Positions 23,501 to 37,578 of a stretch of 64,000 nucleotides of DNA are shown here, one piece after another (position 1 is the first letter of the stretch; the number at the start of each line of letters is the position of its first letter). The DNA comes from Ascidiella aspersa. Taxonomy: Eukaryota. Under the pieces are notes generated by a model. It did no database searches. It was given only the letters and a program-made list of their open reading frames with translations, and was not told the origin of the DNA. The stretch spans positions 8,618,001 through 8,682,000 of the forward strand of contig OZ004612.1 in assembly GCA_963924565.1 (NCBI GenBank). Reading direction: 5' to 3'. The translations under genes and the position numbers were made by a program.

Positions 23501-24796
23501 TGGTCTATAAAGAGCAAAATTTGATTTTTACAGAAAATCCTCAACTCTTAACCTGTTTTACTTAATTTATCGAGTCAAACTAAAAATTCCTATCAATAAT
23601 CTCGTACTTCTCAAAGCGGTTATCCTTATTTTATCTCATGCGTCACTTATGGCTTTATTTAATTTGAACTAAAGATTAGGGGTTTAGGGAAAGTTAAATT
23701 TGCACGTCATTTCGTATAAATAATTCAACGGACGCAGGAGCGCAAAGGAAGCAGGAAATTAAGCAGATTACCTTGAATATTGAAAATGAAGTGAGTGTTT
23801 TTACATAATCGTTTGTTTTGTACAGTTCTTAACTTTATTGATAAGTGAAACCTCGCCATAAAGTAAATCCCGGGCCAATCACCAGCATTTCAAGTCCCGG
23901 GAGAATTGTATTATTGTTTTTGAACAGGTTTGGGCATCGTTCGAACTAGTAAAAATGGTATAGCATTGTGTGAATTTTGCGAACAAATCTTTTTTAAAGT
24001 ATGTTACAATATTTTTCACTTCGTATATCAGATAATTTCAGGTTGTGTGTTGTAATGAAAATATACAGCAAAAGGCTAGGCTCGTAAAACCTAAACACGG
24101 TATCTATACCGCTAAATAACTTTCGTTTCTAAAATCGGAAAATATGCCAGCTTGTGAACAATGCCTTGTGTTTTCTTAGCACAACAAAACCTCCTTTATC
24201 TTGTCTCCTTGACAGGATAATTTGGGCGTTCCCCATTTAACGTGTTGCTTGAAATTTAAAACTAAACACACGCGGCAACGTATAAATCTCGTTTATGACG
24301 ACACAGAGGGATCGCTTTTGTGACGTATCCACGCGTCAGGTGACAATAAACAAATCATAATTCGCCGAGGGGGAGAATATTACAGCCGATCGGCGGACAA
24401 TTAACTGATTGCTGTGAGGTCACAATGAGTATAGTGTGTCGCTCAACAATGGCTGGAATGTGACAATGGGGGATTCACCGTTTATGACAGGGTACCTTAT
24501 TGTCTTACTGAAAGTCCAATTACCGGATGACTGTACCTTGCGCTATGCGTACGCAATGCATAGTTGAACGCCATACGAGCACAGCGTTCACTTAAAAAAA
24601 TCAATAGTCGAAATATTAAACCTATAACATATTGGAATACGAATATATTGTATAGACAAATATACCATTAAGGGTCACCATAAGCCTATCACATTTTTTG
24701 TGAGATTTTTAGAAACATGCCATGGACCGTTAAAATATTGTGACACAAGCAGCGTCGTAAGAAACACAATTGGTAAGCGAAATGCACAGCCTAGAT

Positions 24797-25277
24797 CAGT
24801 GGTTTCCAAACTTTTATATTGCGTGGCCTAAAGTTTTTTTTATAAAACAGTTCGTACCCCACAATATTTCACACCTCTAGCGATGCCTAGTGCACATTCA
24901 TTAACAACAATCCAATATTATAAGAATTTTGCCCCTAATATCATAGAAACAACATAATAAGTTGCAATAAGTTTCCTATAAGTTGAACAACTACAGTCCG
25001 ATAGCTCTGTTGCCTGCACTGTACAGCTGTTTGAATCGAAAAACCCATAGACCCATACTTGTTTAGTAAAATACATATGATTGGTCAGACAAGGACAAGT
25101 TAAGGACCAAGGCGAGTAAAATGTTTCGCGGATACAAGAAACTCTACATATGCCAACATTTATTATTAAACCAGAACATGTATAGTTACATTATTTTAAA
25201 ATAGCTCAATGGCCAACTAAAAATGGCCGCATGCCCCACTACGTACTGGGTAATGGCCCACAGTTTGGGAACCACGG
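24797..25277. mobile_element. older hAT MITE
   Basis: TIR CAGTGGTTTCCAAACT / AGTTTGGGAACCACGG; TSD degraded (GCCTAGAT / GTCCAGCT). Confidence 0.65.
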
Positions 25278-26449
25278 GTCCAGCTCAAGTGCCCCACGCT
25301 GTTTACTGTATCCCCATAAGTTTAAAATATCGTGACAAATCCAACTACCAGACATGACATGCCCTGCGTTCAACGTCTGGCGCCGTCGTATCTCTGTTCA
25401 GTAGCAATCGAAGCCACACTCAAGGTACTTGCTGCTCCAATCGACAACCCTTAGCCTACTCGCAACAAGGCTGTTTTGTCGCAAACAGCACGGGAAAAGA
25501 CCGTTCGTTCGGACGATGTTCCGCACTGCGATTGGGAAAGTGAATCAACTTCCCAACTCGAATGGTGCTTGAAGCAGCTTCAGCGATATACGTAGATGTT
25601 AAAATAGGCGTCGCATTGGATAGGTTAGGAGTTTAGTCTCACGAATGTAATGCAGGGGAGGTTGTGTGAACCAAAACTCCCAGTCTATGCAACCTTTTAA
25701 TTTGGTAAAACGTTTCGTGGCTCTTTGGGTTCGGCAGTTATAAACACAACATTTTCTCAGAACCAAGCGTGTAAAGGGTTTAGTGGGTCAGGGTGTAAAT
25801 CGTGTTCACACTTCACATCAAAGCAAAATCTTTCAAAGATATTTTTGACATTTTAAGTTTCAAAATCATTGATTCATCTTTGAAAACATCGAAAAGTAAG
25901 TGAGAATCAGTATCTAAAAAGTAACAATCAAAACGCTTTTACATCAGTCATGCAGTGTTGGGTTATATTATAATAGTAAGCGTTTATGAGGTTTTGAAGT
26001 CAGTGAATGGACTAGTCACTAGTATACCCGCACCTGCGCGACTTTACAAAAATAATATCCATTGCTGTATGAGATTGAGATGGAGATTACCGCACCGTTG
26101 TACAGTAGACGCACGTTAATGCAACATTAAGGGTATAAATTGCCGGGATAAGATCTCAAGCACACAAATTCCATGCTGCAATTTCGCTGATACTACCTCG
26201 CCTGTGCAGCCATTAATACAAAAAAGGTCGTGGCCTGTTTTGATAGCCTTACCAGTTACTCGTTTAAACATAATACAGCTTTACCAGTGTTTCGATAAAC
26301 GCACGATAAAGATTTCTTAATGTAGGATATAGCTTCAAGAATATTTTATTGAAAAGCGGTATAGCTATGGTTTGTTATTGTAAATGGACAAGTGTTTACT
26401 CGAAATTGATTACAAGTATTTTATGGAAAACACAATATAGCATCCATAA

Positions 26450-26746
26450 CAGTGTGCTCAACCTATTTTCTTTGGTGGCCCATTTTCGTTGCATAAAAAT
26501 ACTGTGGCCCAATAAATTTTCATGAATGGACAAACTATAAAAAGGTTTAGAACAAAATATAGCGGAGCATATAACAATAAATTACATTTCATTTACATTC
26601 CCACTCAATTCGTCCCCAAGCTATTATTCCTGTAAAATTAGGTATAGTGAAACAAAGAAACTAAATTCTTCAATAAATCTAGCTTTTTAAAATTGGTCTG
26701 TGGCCCATCTAAAAAGTTTCCATGGCCCACTGGTTGAGAACCGCTG
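26450..26746. mobile_element. hAT MITE, same family as 3513-3848
   Basis: TIR CAGTGTGCTCAACC / GGTTGAGAACCGCTG; perfect TSD ATCCATAA (26442-26449, 26747-26754); shared internal block AATAAATCTAGCTTTTTAAAATTGGTCTGTGGCCCA. Confidence 0.9.
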
Positions 26747-29004
26747 ATCCATAATGTACGGTATAGCTTTTACCATGGTGGTGACCCAAAATTTGGTCGC
26801 CGTATGATTTGGTTGGGTCGTTGACTGCAGCAGTTCACATGGTTCAGATTTATAGAGATCGGTTCTGAGCGAAATTTCTCAAAACCTTTAGAAATTACGG
26901 AAGCAGCACGAAGACATGGATCCTATTAATTAAATTCGAACTTACTTATGCTATTTCCTTATGCTTTGTTCGCTTGCAAAACGTTCATTGAAAAGAATTG
27001 GGCCTCGCCCAAGCCTCGCTGTTGGACTTAGGCGTAGTACTTGGGTCGCCGCGAAAAAAGGTTGGGAAACACTGATTTAAAACAAGGTATAACTAATATG
27101 GTGAACATAATGTGGTATCTTTAGTATTTTGATTAAAACACGATTTAGATTTACCAGAAAACAGTATATAGAGCATTTTAAAGACACCGTTTAATTTTAA
27201 CCGTTCTTCGTTAAAAACACGTTGCGACTTTAGGGTACTTCAACATTCGAAGTCAACATACTTTGTTGATCTATCGTGGCGAAATACGGCTTAAGGGAGT
27301 TTACAAATATTGACGCGGCCCTCGCTGAGCGAAATAACAATATCCAGGTCGAACAACGGCGTTGCCAGGCGCGTATTGAACTTGTTAACAGGACAAGCGT
27401 GCCTTGTCGAACTCCAGCGATCTCCCCGGGGAACCGCAAAGAAAACAAGCGAAACGTATTCGACTAAGCAGGCTGTTGCTTGTGGTTTAAAACTCCCGCT
27501 ATATATTTACCAGGAATTCTACCGCAACAACAGCGAATTGGGAAAACCTAACTGAAACCAAAAACGTGTGTTTATTTCTTTAAATAGAACCTAATTGGGT
27601 TGTGTGTTATCAAACTAAATACAAACAGCACTGCAAAGCGTGATGTCTGGCGTAACAGTTAAACACATATGTTTATCATGTAGCGAGCAGTAGTTCCCAG
27701 AAGCCGGTTAAATATTGACAAGTCTGCGTTTTTTATTCTACACGATTGTATATTTACAAGTCTGCGTTTTCATCAAACACTCGAAATTATGTAAACACGC
27801 CGAATTGCGGTTTGAACAAGTAGCCTGGCTTGCCATTTGGCGCACTCCACCAGCGCTATCCCACGACCCAGAGTAACCCCAGTATTCCCTTGTGACGTAA
27901 CAGGGAGGGCCTGCGGAGCTCGCGTCGTAAAAGCCTGTTTGAACGAGTGGGCATGGCAGCAGCTTTCAAAAACTTGCCAGCAATAACGGGCGAGTGAAAA
28001 TGGAACGATGTTGCGGTTTCTGTTTGGCGAAGCGATAATACTGTTTACCGGTGACGTAATCTTTCTTGCCTAAATGGTTTATTGCCCGAAATAATCTCCC
28101 GGCTTTGCACAATGGTGGCGTTGTGTTGGGCGTATTTTAAAACGCTGACGCTTTCATTAATACGCAGGAGAGAAATTAAAGCCTTGTAACAGACTTATCT
28201 AAAAATACTGAAAATAATGTGTAAATTTGGACTATTGTACTCAATTTTTAAGTGCAATAACAGCAGTGCGCTTAGACACGTAGGCCGCCACATAAGAGAA
28301 AGGCATTTTTGTTAGTTGCGCTTTTGGCCAAACGTGTCTACTCCATCACGTAAAGCAAAAAAATAAACGTGAGATTACGTCATACGAACATAACTGAAGC
28401 AACTTTATTGGCGCCTTGCGCGAGATTCTCAATATTTTAACCACAAAATTGCGAAAACCAGCTTGTATTAATGACGTTTCGGCAGACAGGATATTTTTCT
28501 CCGAAACGTTGAAATATGTAAAATTCAAAAAGTTCAAATAAGTAGTGTAGAATTTTGTCATCAACTACACAGTAAAAAAATATCGTTGTAGAACAATGAC
28601 TGTTCAAAGCGCTGTTTTTCAGAATATTTGCAAGCCGTCGTCGAGTCACGCGATTTGTTCTTGCAACGATGCAGAAAATATGCGGATTTATTGCAGCGAA
28701 GCACAGAAATGCAGTGGTCATATAGCGACCGTCGCATAAATCACCACGGCGCGTCGCACACGTCATAATGCCTCTCATTGTCGCGTCACAGAAAGGCATT
28801 ATTTGAACTCGTGCGAACCGACTGGTAAAGACAGGGGCAAAAGCCGACTAATGTGCCCAATTAAAGAGCGTCTGCTTTGCAGAAGGCCTTTAGGGATATT
28901 TAAAGCAAAACCGCAGACGGTTTGCAGACGTGGATCTACGACTGTACGTATTATCCTATCCAAGCCTGTTATGTATAGCTTTTAAATATTAGTAGCTGCT
29001 ACAT

Positions 29005-29294
29005 CAGAGCTACTCAACGGGTTTTAAAGTCCATGCTCGGAAATACACAAGTCCAGTCAATGCGATTACCAATTTTAAAATAGTGCGACAGCATAATGTG
29101 TCAGAATAAGAAAGCGATTTATTGTTTTGCTAGTCAGCTCTTCGAAAATTTAATCTATTCGAGTACCTAGATAAACTTACATAATCGTAACGCAAAGTAG
29201 TATATTTTGTTTTATTAAACTGAATTTTTTTTAAGGACCACTTTCATTACTAAGGCTCGAATGCAGACAGAGGCCCGTCAGTTGAACATCCCTG
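29005..29294. mobile_element. degenerate hAT MITE
   Basis: Ends CAGAGCTACTCAAC / GTTGAACATCCCTG, similar to the 371-679 termini; flanks TGCTACAT / TGCTATTG. Confidence 0.5.
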
Positions 29295-29629
29295 TGCTAT
29301 TGTATGAGAAATGCGTGTGACATTTTTATAACTGCAAAAAAGATCTCCTAAAAAGCGGGCAGTTTAAAATCACGAATTAATACGGCAAGAAACTAAGGCG
29401 CAAGTGATCACGGTACCAAACGTTCAACCTCTTTTTAACTCTACAATGAAGTTATAGGATCTTTGCGGAATTATTTTGTACAGCAACACTTTTTACGGCA
29501 TTTTTCCAACGGGCACATTACAAACAACTGCAAAAAATATGACGAGACATTAAAGAAAAGCACGAATGGATAATCTACATTTTAACTAGTCACTACTTTC
29601 CAAAGGCCGAATCAACATCACCCTCAATC

Positions 29630-29770
29630 GCTTCCTCCCGTGTTTAGGCATGACGTCACTACTCGGGTGCTTGAGAAACTGGCGGGAGGACAAGCGGGCG
29701 ATTGGGAAAGCCTTAATCTCAGTCCCACGCTGCGGCGGCGCAATAAGAATGACGTAATCTCAATGTAAGC
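29630..29770. promoter_or_regulatory. promoter-like GC-rich module (CRE, CCAAT boxes, GC-box-like motifs)
   Basis: TGACGTCA at 29651, ATTGG at 29701, CCAAT at ~29740, TGACGTAA at ~29750, plus GGCGGG motifs. Confidence 0.45.
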
Positions 29771-29843
29771 TGTTTCATTGAGCGTCGCGAAAGCGTGAAC
29801 ATCCATGGGAAGGGGGCTGATCAACCGGTTAGTTGTGTAAACG

Positions 29844-30231
29844 CAACTCGGGGAGATATAGTACTCAACGGTTGAAAACAATCGCAGCAATCTAATATTC
29901 GTGGGATATTACGGATAATGTATAGATTAAACAACAATACGCTTAGCAAATAAAATGTAACAATACTGCTGCCAGTTTGGTAGAACTGTATGACCAAACA
30001 CAAGACAAAAAGCGGCGGAAAATTGCTGTTTCGGCCACAACTCGAGGAGATATAACACTCAACGGTTAAAAATAATCACAGCAATCCAATATTCGTGGGA
30101 TTTTGCAAAAATGTATCGATTAAACAATAAAACGCATACCAATATCATGTAACAATACTGCTGCTAGTTTGGTAGAACTGTATGACCAAACACAAGACGA
30201 AAATTGGCGGAAAATTGCTGTTTTGGCCACA
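29844..30231. repeat. tandem duplication, ~194-bp unit x2
   Basis: CAACTCG..GGAGATATA...GGTAGAACTGTATGACCAAACACAAGAC...GGCGGAAAATTGCTGTTT.GGCCACA is repeated twice. Confidence 0.9.
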
Positions 30232-30452
30232 TATTGCGCGCGAACTGATCTTCGCAAAACGGTAATAAAGAGCACCAAAGAAACCGAATACATTCGCGCC
30301 AGTGCGTCATAATGCCTTCGCGGTGTGCAAAACAAACCGAAATCGGGTGCTATTTCTCGAATCCAATACGCCCGACAGTCAGCGTCGTTGGATTAGCGGA
30401 CAACAAAGCGTCGAGACGATGAGTTTCTCGTTTGGATTACGACCGGCGTACG

Positions 30453-30523
30453 CGTTCCAGACTGAGTCTGTATACTCATAATGGAGATACACTGATGCGT
30501 GGATTAGACTCAGTTTGCGGACG
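30453..30523. ncRNA. candidate pre-miRNA-like hairpin
   Basis: CGTTCCAGACTGAGTCTGTATACTCAT pairs with ATGCGTGGATTAGACTCAGTTTGCGGACG (G-U pairs and a few mismatches) around a ~15-nt loop. No known family was recognised. Confidence 0.3.
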
Positions 30524-31353
30524 GCCGCTGTGTTATCTCGATTAAAAGCGACTAAAGATCAATTCGAGGAGGAAAGTCAGACGAAAGTATAGAGAAACAG
30601 CGTCTGGATTTAGGTATACTGATGAGTTGCATGGCAAAGGGCGGCTGCTCGGTTCGGTTCTAAGCTTTCAATTGTAACGAGAGTGTATATGCGGATAGTA
30701 ATTTATCAAGAGCACCAGGCGTCCTTTAGGCTTGACTGGAATATTCAAGTCCTATAAGCCGCTGAACTGGAATATATTGACAGGAGTAGGTGTTACTTCA
30801 GTTGGGTTAAGGTGGAATAATTCCGTTTTAATCAAAAAACATTTGGAGCAATCAAGTGTGTATAAACTAAACAGACTGAGGCAAATCCTTACAATAGAGA
30901 TAAGTGTTGTAATGACTTTAAGCAGTAACTTGAGTTGAGTGCACTTAAGTCATTGCTTAAGAATGATCCGCCTCGAGTCTTTCCGGCTAAATGATTTGAC
31001 GTGACTTGAGTTGGTTTACTATAATGACTTAGACCAAAATTGTGATCAATTGTAAATGTCTTGATACTTTAGTTATTTTGCGAATGGCTTGTCTGGGACT
31101 ACAGTAGTTTCAAAATTACTTGTTTACAACACTGGTAGAGTGTAACCCAAAATCTGCTCCATTCGCCAGTATTTATTTGAACTGGATTGCTCATTTTAAG
31201 CATATTCCCAAAGGAATCGGCGATGTAGACAGTATGGTAGTATATCACTATTGTAGGTGTCCGGTAATTTAGAAAGATTGTGATATGCGATATTAGGTCG
31301 CGTATGAGTAAAGCTACTTGTTTAATCAATAGCGAATGAGGCATTTCAATATC

Positions 31354-31379
31354 TATATATATATATATATATATATATA
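31354..31379. repeat. (TA)n microsatellite
   Basis: Direct read of the sequence. Confidence 0.9.
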
Positions 31380-33251
31380 CAGGATTTTATTATGTTATAT
31401 ATATATATAGGAAACTTTATTTTGCTTTTCTCTTCAGTTGTGAAATAATTTATACTGGGTCGAACAGTCTTGTTGATATATCCAAATTATCGGGTATCAG
31501 GTAACCGATTGGAATAAACAAGAGTCGAACATTCTAAAAGTCACTATATTTCAACATCAATGGACCTTAGACAACGGTGCTTAAAGTGCAATACGATAAG
31601 CCAAGTCGTGTCTCTAAGAGGTTTACAAAGTCAACTTAAGAGGGTCTACCTCTTCAAACCGTTGCCCGTGGTCAAAAAATATCACACAGAGGCACTACTG
31701 CGTATTTCGTGACCCCGGGTCATTGACCCGACATCTCGGGGCCAAGCTGGTTCGCAGAGCCGAGCATACGGCGATCCTAAGGAAAAGTGGTGGCGCCCAC
31801 TTTAATTGCAAACGTTTAAAACGGCAGTAAAATTCGCACGCGCGCGAATGACACCGTATAGCTGCGTGCAAGGCAGGGTACTCCACTGATCACAGGCGTT
31901 TTAGCTTTAGTTTGTCGATAAACTTGCATCGTAACGCAGTTCAATCATCAAGGGCCTGAAGAAGCAGCACTTGGATGCGATTTCACCGCAGAAAATGAGG
32001 CTTAAAATAGGTTTTTGCAGCTCATTATCGAAGCTATTTCCTAGTTTTGCAAGTCATCGTAGAGGCAGGACTTTAACGTCTGGTTTACCCATATGGAATC
32101 TTCGGTTGACCGTTATTGCTTGTTCTCAAAACAATCAGAGATTTTCACGGCATCATTCACTTAGGAAAAGATCAAGTGACAATATACAGCTATACAGAGT
32201 TTTTAGGTATAGTTACCAAAGTTGCAAGCGTATTTTTTTTAACATGACAGGACTTAATATTTTGTGAATTGCTAAGGTTTCTAAAGTCTTTTCTAAATGA
32301 CTTGGTCATAACGCTGGTTGATTGTCATTTTTTTTTTAATAATTTATTTTTTTATTTTTTTGCTTTTATTAAAAAAAAGATTTTGTCATAATCTATATGT
32401 TGAATTTAAACAAGATAACGGTGCCAAAACGCCTTGTATAAAAACATGACGCCACAAAAAGCGGAATAAACACACAGCCCATTTGGGTCTTATCTAGGTT
32501 TGCCACCTGCTAAAGCAGATACGCTAGGCCGTCACACAACAAAAAGGGCTTAAAGTGCGACTTTGAGCAAACCAAGCAAAGGCTCTTAACTTTGCACGGT
32601 TATAATTCGACGAGCGTAGGCAGACGGCTGAGCAAACAGTGGTCGCGATATTGCAACATTCGCCCTTTGTTGTCAAAACAAGGTCGTGGCGTTTCGACGG
32701 TTGTCTACCATTCGACTTAAACGAGCGGGGAAGAAGCACTTCGCGACGCTTAAAAACACCGGTTCACGCCCAATTTAAGTCCCCTAAATCGCCTTTGACG
32801 CAAAAGTGTCGCGACCCCAGGGGTGGTTTTTGAAGCAGGCTTCGGTCATGACAGTTTAGCGTATAGAGAAGACACGGCGTTACCCTAAACCGCATGAAGG
32901 TATCGTCGAGTCCCAGTGAAACGGTATACGCTCGGCAGGTGTTTACATGCGCACGCAAGAAGGCTACTAAGTAGGGGATGACAAGGGGTGTTATCCGCTT
33001 GCAAACTGCGTTATACAGTTTCGCTCTCGGCAGTTTTAAGTCCCGAGTAGTTTACGACGCTTTTATCTCGTGGTGGGTCACAGTACATGCAGGTCGAGTT
33101 ACAAGAAAAACTCTGCGTTATAAGCATGTTGATTTCTTCTGCTGAAACTGTGAATATTGGAAATAACTACGGGACATAATTCTTGGAGGTGGTGGTAAGA
33201 CGTAACAGGAATATCAACGCCCATAATGTTGAAAATGAATAGAGAGTTATT

Positions 33252-33304
33252 TCAAACGTTCAAATTATACTTACTTCTGTATGGGCTTTGATATTCTTAT
33301 TACC
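33252..33304. repeat. solo terminal fragment of the 53578-53720 MITE family
   Basis: AAACGTTCAAATTATACTTACTTCTGTATGGGCTTTGATATTCTTATTAC. Confidence 0.7.
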
Positions 33305-36300
33305 AATTCGAATAACGTTTGTCAAATATTACTTTGGAACTTGGGTTGAATTGTGTTGCCTTATTTTTAAGTCAAATACGGATTGTTCGTCTGGTGAAAG
33401 TGAAGTCAAATTAATACGCCTAAGCGATTAAAGAGAAATATACTTTTGTTTCTGTTATGGCGACCGATAAGTCAATTTGTTGCTTGTTTTAAAAAATCTG
33501 AGCGTTTGTAACTGGGAAACGACGGAACTTTATAGAAAAGCAGGGGAACAAAAGGGTACTTTTTTACAAAAGGGAAGTACTTGATGCAGAAAACGCGATA
33601 CACAAAGGAAAGCTTACAAAGGCGTCACGGCGGGTTGCATATTATTAGGTTTGAAAAACGACGTACAAAGTTACGAGGTTTATTACCTATCTTTCTATTT
33701 TCGGCAGTGAAGAAATGACCTTTCTGTATTGGAATCTTTACAACAACGCTATGCTAATCATTTACGGTGCTAGAAGAGTTTTTTCAAACCTTTATATTGC
33801 ATATTAATATACAGTCTCTTTGTTAAAACGAATTGGCTCCGAATCGAAAGCTAAAAATCTTGTCTATTCAGCAACAAGAAGACCACACGCCTACCGCGGT
33901 TTGCGGGTTTGATTCAATTTGGCCTTGATCGTTTTAGGGGCATTGTTACTCGCGATAATTCGACGGCAATCGCGTCTCGTATGTATGGCGACCGATCGCG
34001 CTTCATCTGTCAAAGGAGGCGCCAGTCGAAAGGGTGGCCTGAGTTTGGTTACAATTGGCGAGATGGATTAAAAGATTCAAAAGTTTAATGAGAAAATTCA
34101 TGACAGCGCTTGGAAATCCAATAGGGAAATGGACTTTTGGGGTCTAGAAATTACTCCTCGATTATTTTATTAGCTAATGGATGCGATAGACTCGGGGATC
34201 TTTGTTAATGAAAATTGAAATGTGCGTCTCTGGGAGGCTGCTGACACCAAAAATCCATTTGGAAATGGCCAATTAACCATGTAATGATGAAAAAGGGCTG
34301 CTAGGCATTTGACAGAGGTGATTACCCATACTGCTAAACCTAACTGGAATTCCTTGACGTCGTTATTTACGCAAAAGTGTGCGTTAATTCCAAACAAGCG
34401 ATAAATAAGATAATCGTGCTCCGAAAACAACTGCTGTAAAACAGATGTTTCTACTGCGCAACACGTAAAAAAATGGTGATGTGAAACGTTATTAAACCAC
34501 GCAGAAACGCGCCGTACGACTGAGACGCCCAGTGACTGGCATCTTCTGCCCCTTTATCGCGTGCTCTTTGCGCACTTGACATTCAACACCAGCTGTGCAG
34601 CCGGGCGCATCCAAAAAGCAGATCGAATGCCGACGGCGACACAGGCTCGATAAAGCATCGGTGGCTACGGCCTGTGACCCGGGGTGCCGTGGCGCCACGC
34701 CTTATAAAGCCTGGACGGTTTTTTCGACCCTAGACCTTGTCACGGAAGGGGCAATTTTGGGGCGCGATTTTGAAACACCGACGCATTCTCGGATTTGCTG
34801 AGGTGCGAAGCGCTGGCATTTGACAAGATTTTTGCGAGTATAGGCGATTTGCGTGCGGATTACTTCTGTCAAAACTTGGCGAATATGTCAGGAGCTTATT
34901 TAGCGTTTACGTTGAGATTATAACGACTATGGTGGGAATGATCATATAATTTAAATTATTGTATTTTGTGTCTCGTGTTGTTTAATTGTGATCGGCGTAA
35001 ATCGTATTTTTATGTTGTCTTGAGCTATGGATTCATTTTTAACCAAACTGCACTTTGTCTTGCGGATAAACTTTGCTGTTTCGATAAAGTTTCTTGATCG
35101 CTTGATACGTTTACGTACACTAGTCTACCTCGTTAGGGTTGTGCATTAGAGTAATTGATTGGAGCTGTTTCCAGATGCAATTGATCATCGTAGGTGTTGG
35201 TGACGAAATGCCCATAACACGGATGCACCTCATTTGACCGGTTATTTTTTACAAAAAATGTTTAATAACAACTTTATATATCAGAAAGGTATTGCGCCTA
35301 ATATAGCTATGTACAGTAACAGCCTTCTAGGCAAGATTAGAGTTTAATCAATCAAGGTACTGTTTGTAATAAATCATATAAATTTATAAAAGGCGGCAAG
35401 TATATTTAGAAGTAGGTTATTTGCAATTGGTGTGATGTGTATTATACGTAATGAAAATACCAAACATTGTAAAACACAAAATTGATCCCCATAAAAAAGA
35501 TACTTTGTTTGTCCTTAAAAATTGAAAATTTTCTAAATAACAGTTTTTTTAAGAATTTTTGTAATATAGTAAAACCTGCGCTATTCCTTAAGCAAGGTAG
35601 CATTTTCTGGTCGCCATAGTACACAATACTGAAGTTGCAACTGCGAGTCGAAAGTAAACAAGCCAGACAATCGATGTTTGTTGCGTCACAGGTACAAGGT
35701 TCGTACCGTAGAACGACTTTCCAGACAAGCGTCCTTATATGTAAGTAACCGAAAGGCGCATGAATCATTGACCAACGAATTTGCTGGGAAGCAAATATAG
35801 CAGTATAGATTGGTCCAAGTGTGTAGGCTTGCTTCCTGCTGAAATGACAGCTCTTCCAAATATATCACAAGACCCTCGAGCATTGTGACGCAAGAATAGG
35901 CTCGTGGCAGAAGGCAGGCGGGCACATAATTCAGTCCCAAGCACTCGAGACCGTGTAGTTCGATTTCCTCATTCGTTCGTAATTTGCAGCTTAGCAGATG
36001 AGCTTATAATAACTTAAGTCAATAATAATAATAATATACAAGTGGATGCGTATTCAATTGGCAGTCAATTTACCAGCAACCACAATACAAAACTTACGAG
36101 TTGAACAAGTTCAGCCATCCTTTTGTTTACCTGTCTCACAGTCGACTAATGTGTTCGGCCTGTGTTGTATAAAGATAGACTATTCGGCCAGATTTCTATT
36201 TGTGTAAGGGGGAAATGATCCCTTGACCGAGGACACCGATGACTACTGGTAGGTACAAGTTTGCTTATCAGCTTAGCTTATCTACTTTGTGTGTGCTGTT

Positions 36301-37401
36301 CGCCCTTGCAGATTCGAGAATTTCCTGTTTGAAGACAAGGTGCAAATCTGTACACAGGTCGTTTCCTGTAGGTTTCGGATAAGGATGTCCTTAGAGAAAG
36401 GTTCAAGCGACATTTGTTTGCTTAGTGGAGAAACAGTTCTAGCGAAGTCGAATATAAAACAAATTATCCTCGAAAATGTTATTAAATCGAAGTTAGATCT
36501 TTCTATGTACGGTCTTGTACAAAGCTGAAGCAGATGTGGCGTAGGACTCGACCTGGTATCCTAGTTTGGGTGAAAAGTATTCAAGTTTAACCTAGGAATA
36601 TCCGTGATGTTTACGAACAGAATTACATTGTACTAAACAAAAAAGTAAAATACAAAGCCTTTAGCTGGGAATTATTTATAGCGCACGTAACACCGAGCAA
36701 ACGGATATTGCGTTAGAATTTGCTTAGCGTTACGCGTAGGATAAATCCATTACAGAGAAAAAGTAACGCTAGTAAAACGTTAACTTAGTTTTTTTACGCT
36801 TTCATAATCCAATAGCTTGCGATTTTCGTTAGCATAATATGGTTTGGTGGGGTACGTATTAGGACGTATAAGTCAGACTGATTTGTGAAATCACCGAACT
36901 GACAACGTCGTAAGCCTTACATTAGGTGAGGTAACAGCATAGCAAGGCAGCTACTGTAAATAAAACTCCAGTCAATTTGACCCCTTTGTGGATCGCACAT
37001 TGTGTATTGTGTATATTTCCGCCAGCAAAAATCGTGCTTGACAGCTACAGCTATAGGAAGGGTAGGCTGCGGACATAACTTCATGACCTCGCCAAAAGAA
37101 CAAACCCGCTATTATGACGTCACCAGACCGATTCACGTAGGACAGTCACGACGAACGTGAGGCGAGAACGAGTTTTTAAATTTTATGTAATTACAGAAAA
37201 ATTCCTGGGCGAAATTATGTGTTGGTTGTCGTGAAAGAAAGGGTATGGAGTGCGCTCTTGTCTAGACTTAAACAGTAGGCGCGTGGGAATTAATGTGCGA
37301 CCGGGTGGGCCCAGTAATACGGCAGCAATCCAGGCTAATATACAACCAGGTCGACGGGTGAACTTGTATATTGTGGCGAATATCGCTCTTTAAATCGATA
37401 G

Positions 37402-37578
37402 TGCTGATTAGGGTGTAGATTACACTGGGTATTATTTTTTAAATTGGTTGCAGTAAGAATGAAAATATTAAAGTGTTATATTGTAAACCGTAGACAGTTT
37501 ATGCTGATATGCGTGTAGACTACACTGGGTATTATTTTCAAATAAATTGCATTCAGAACGAAAATGTCCAAGTGTTAC
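37402..37578. repeat. degenerate tandem duplication, ~100-bp period
   Basis: TGCTGAT...GTGTAGA.TACACTGGGTATTATTTT...GAAAAT...AAGTGTTA occurs twice. Confidence 0.75.
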
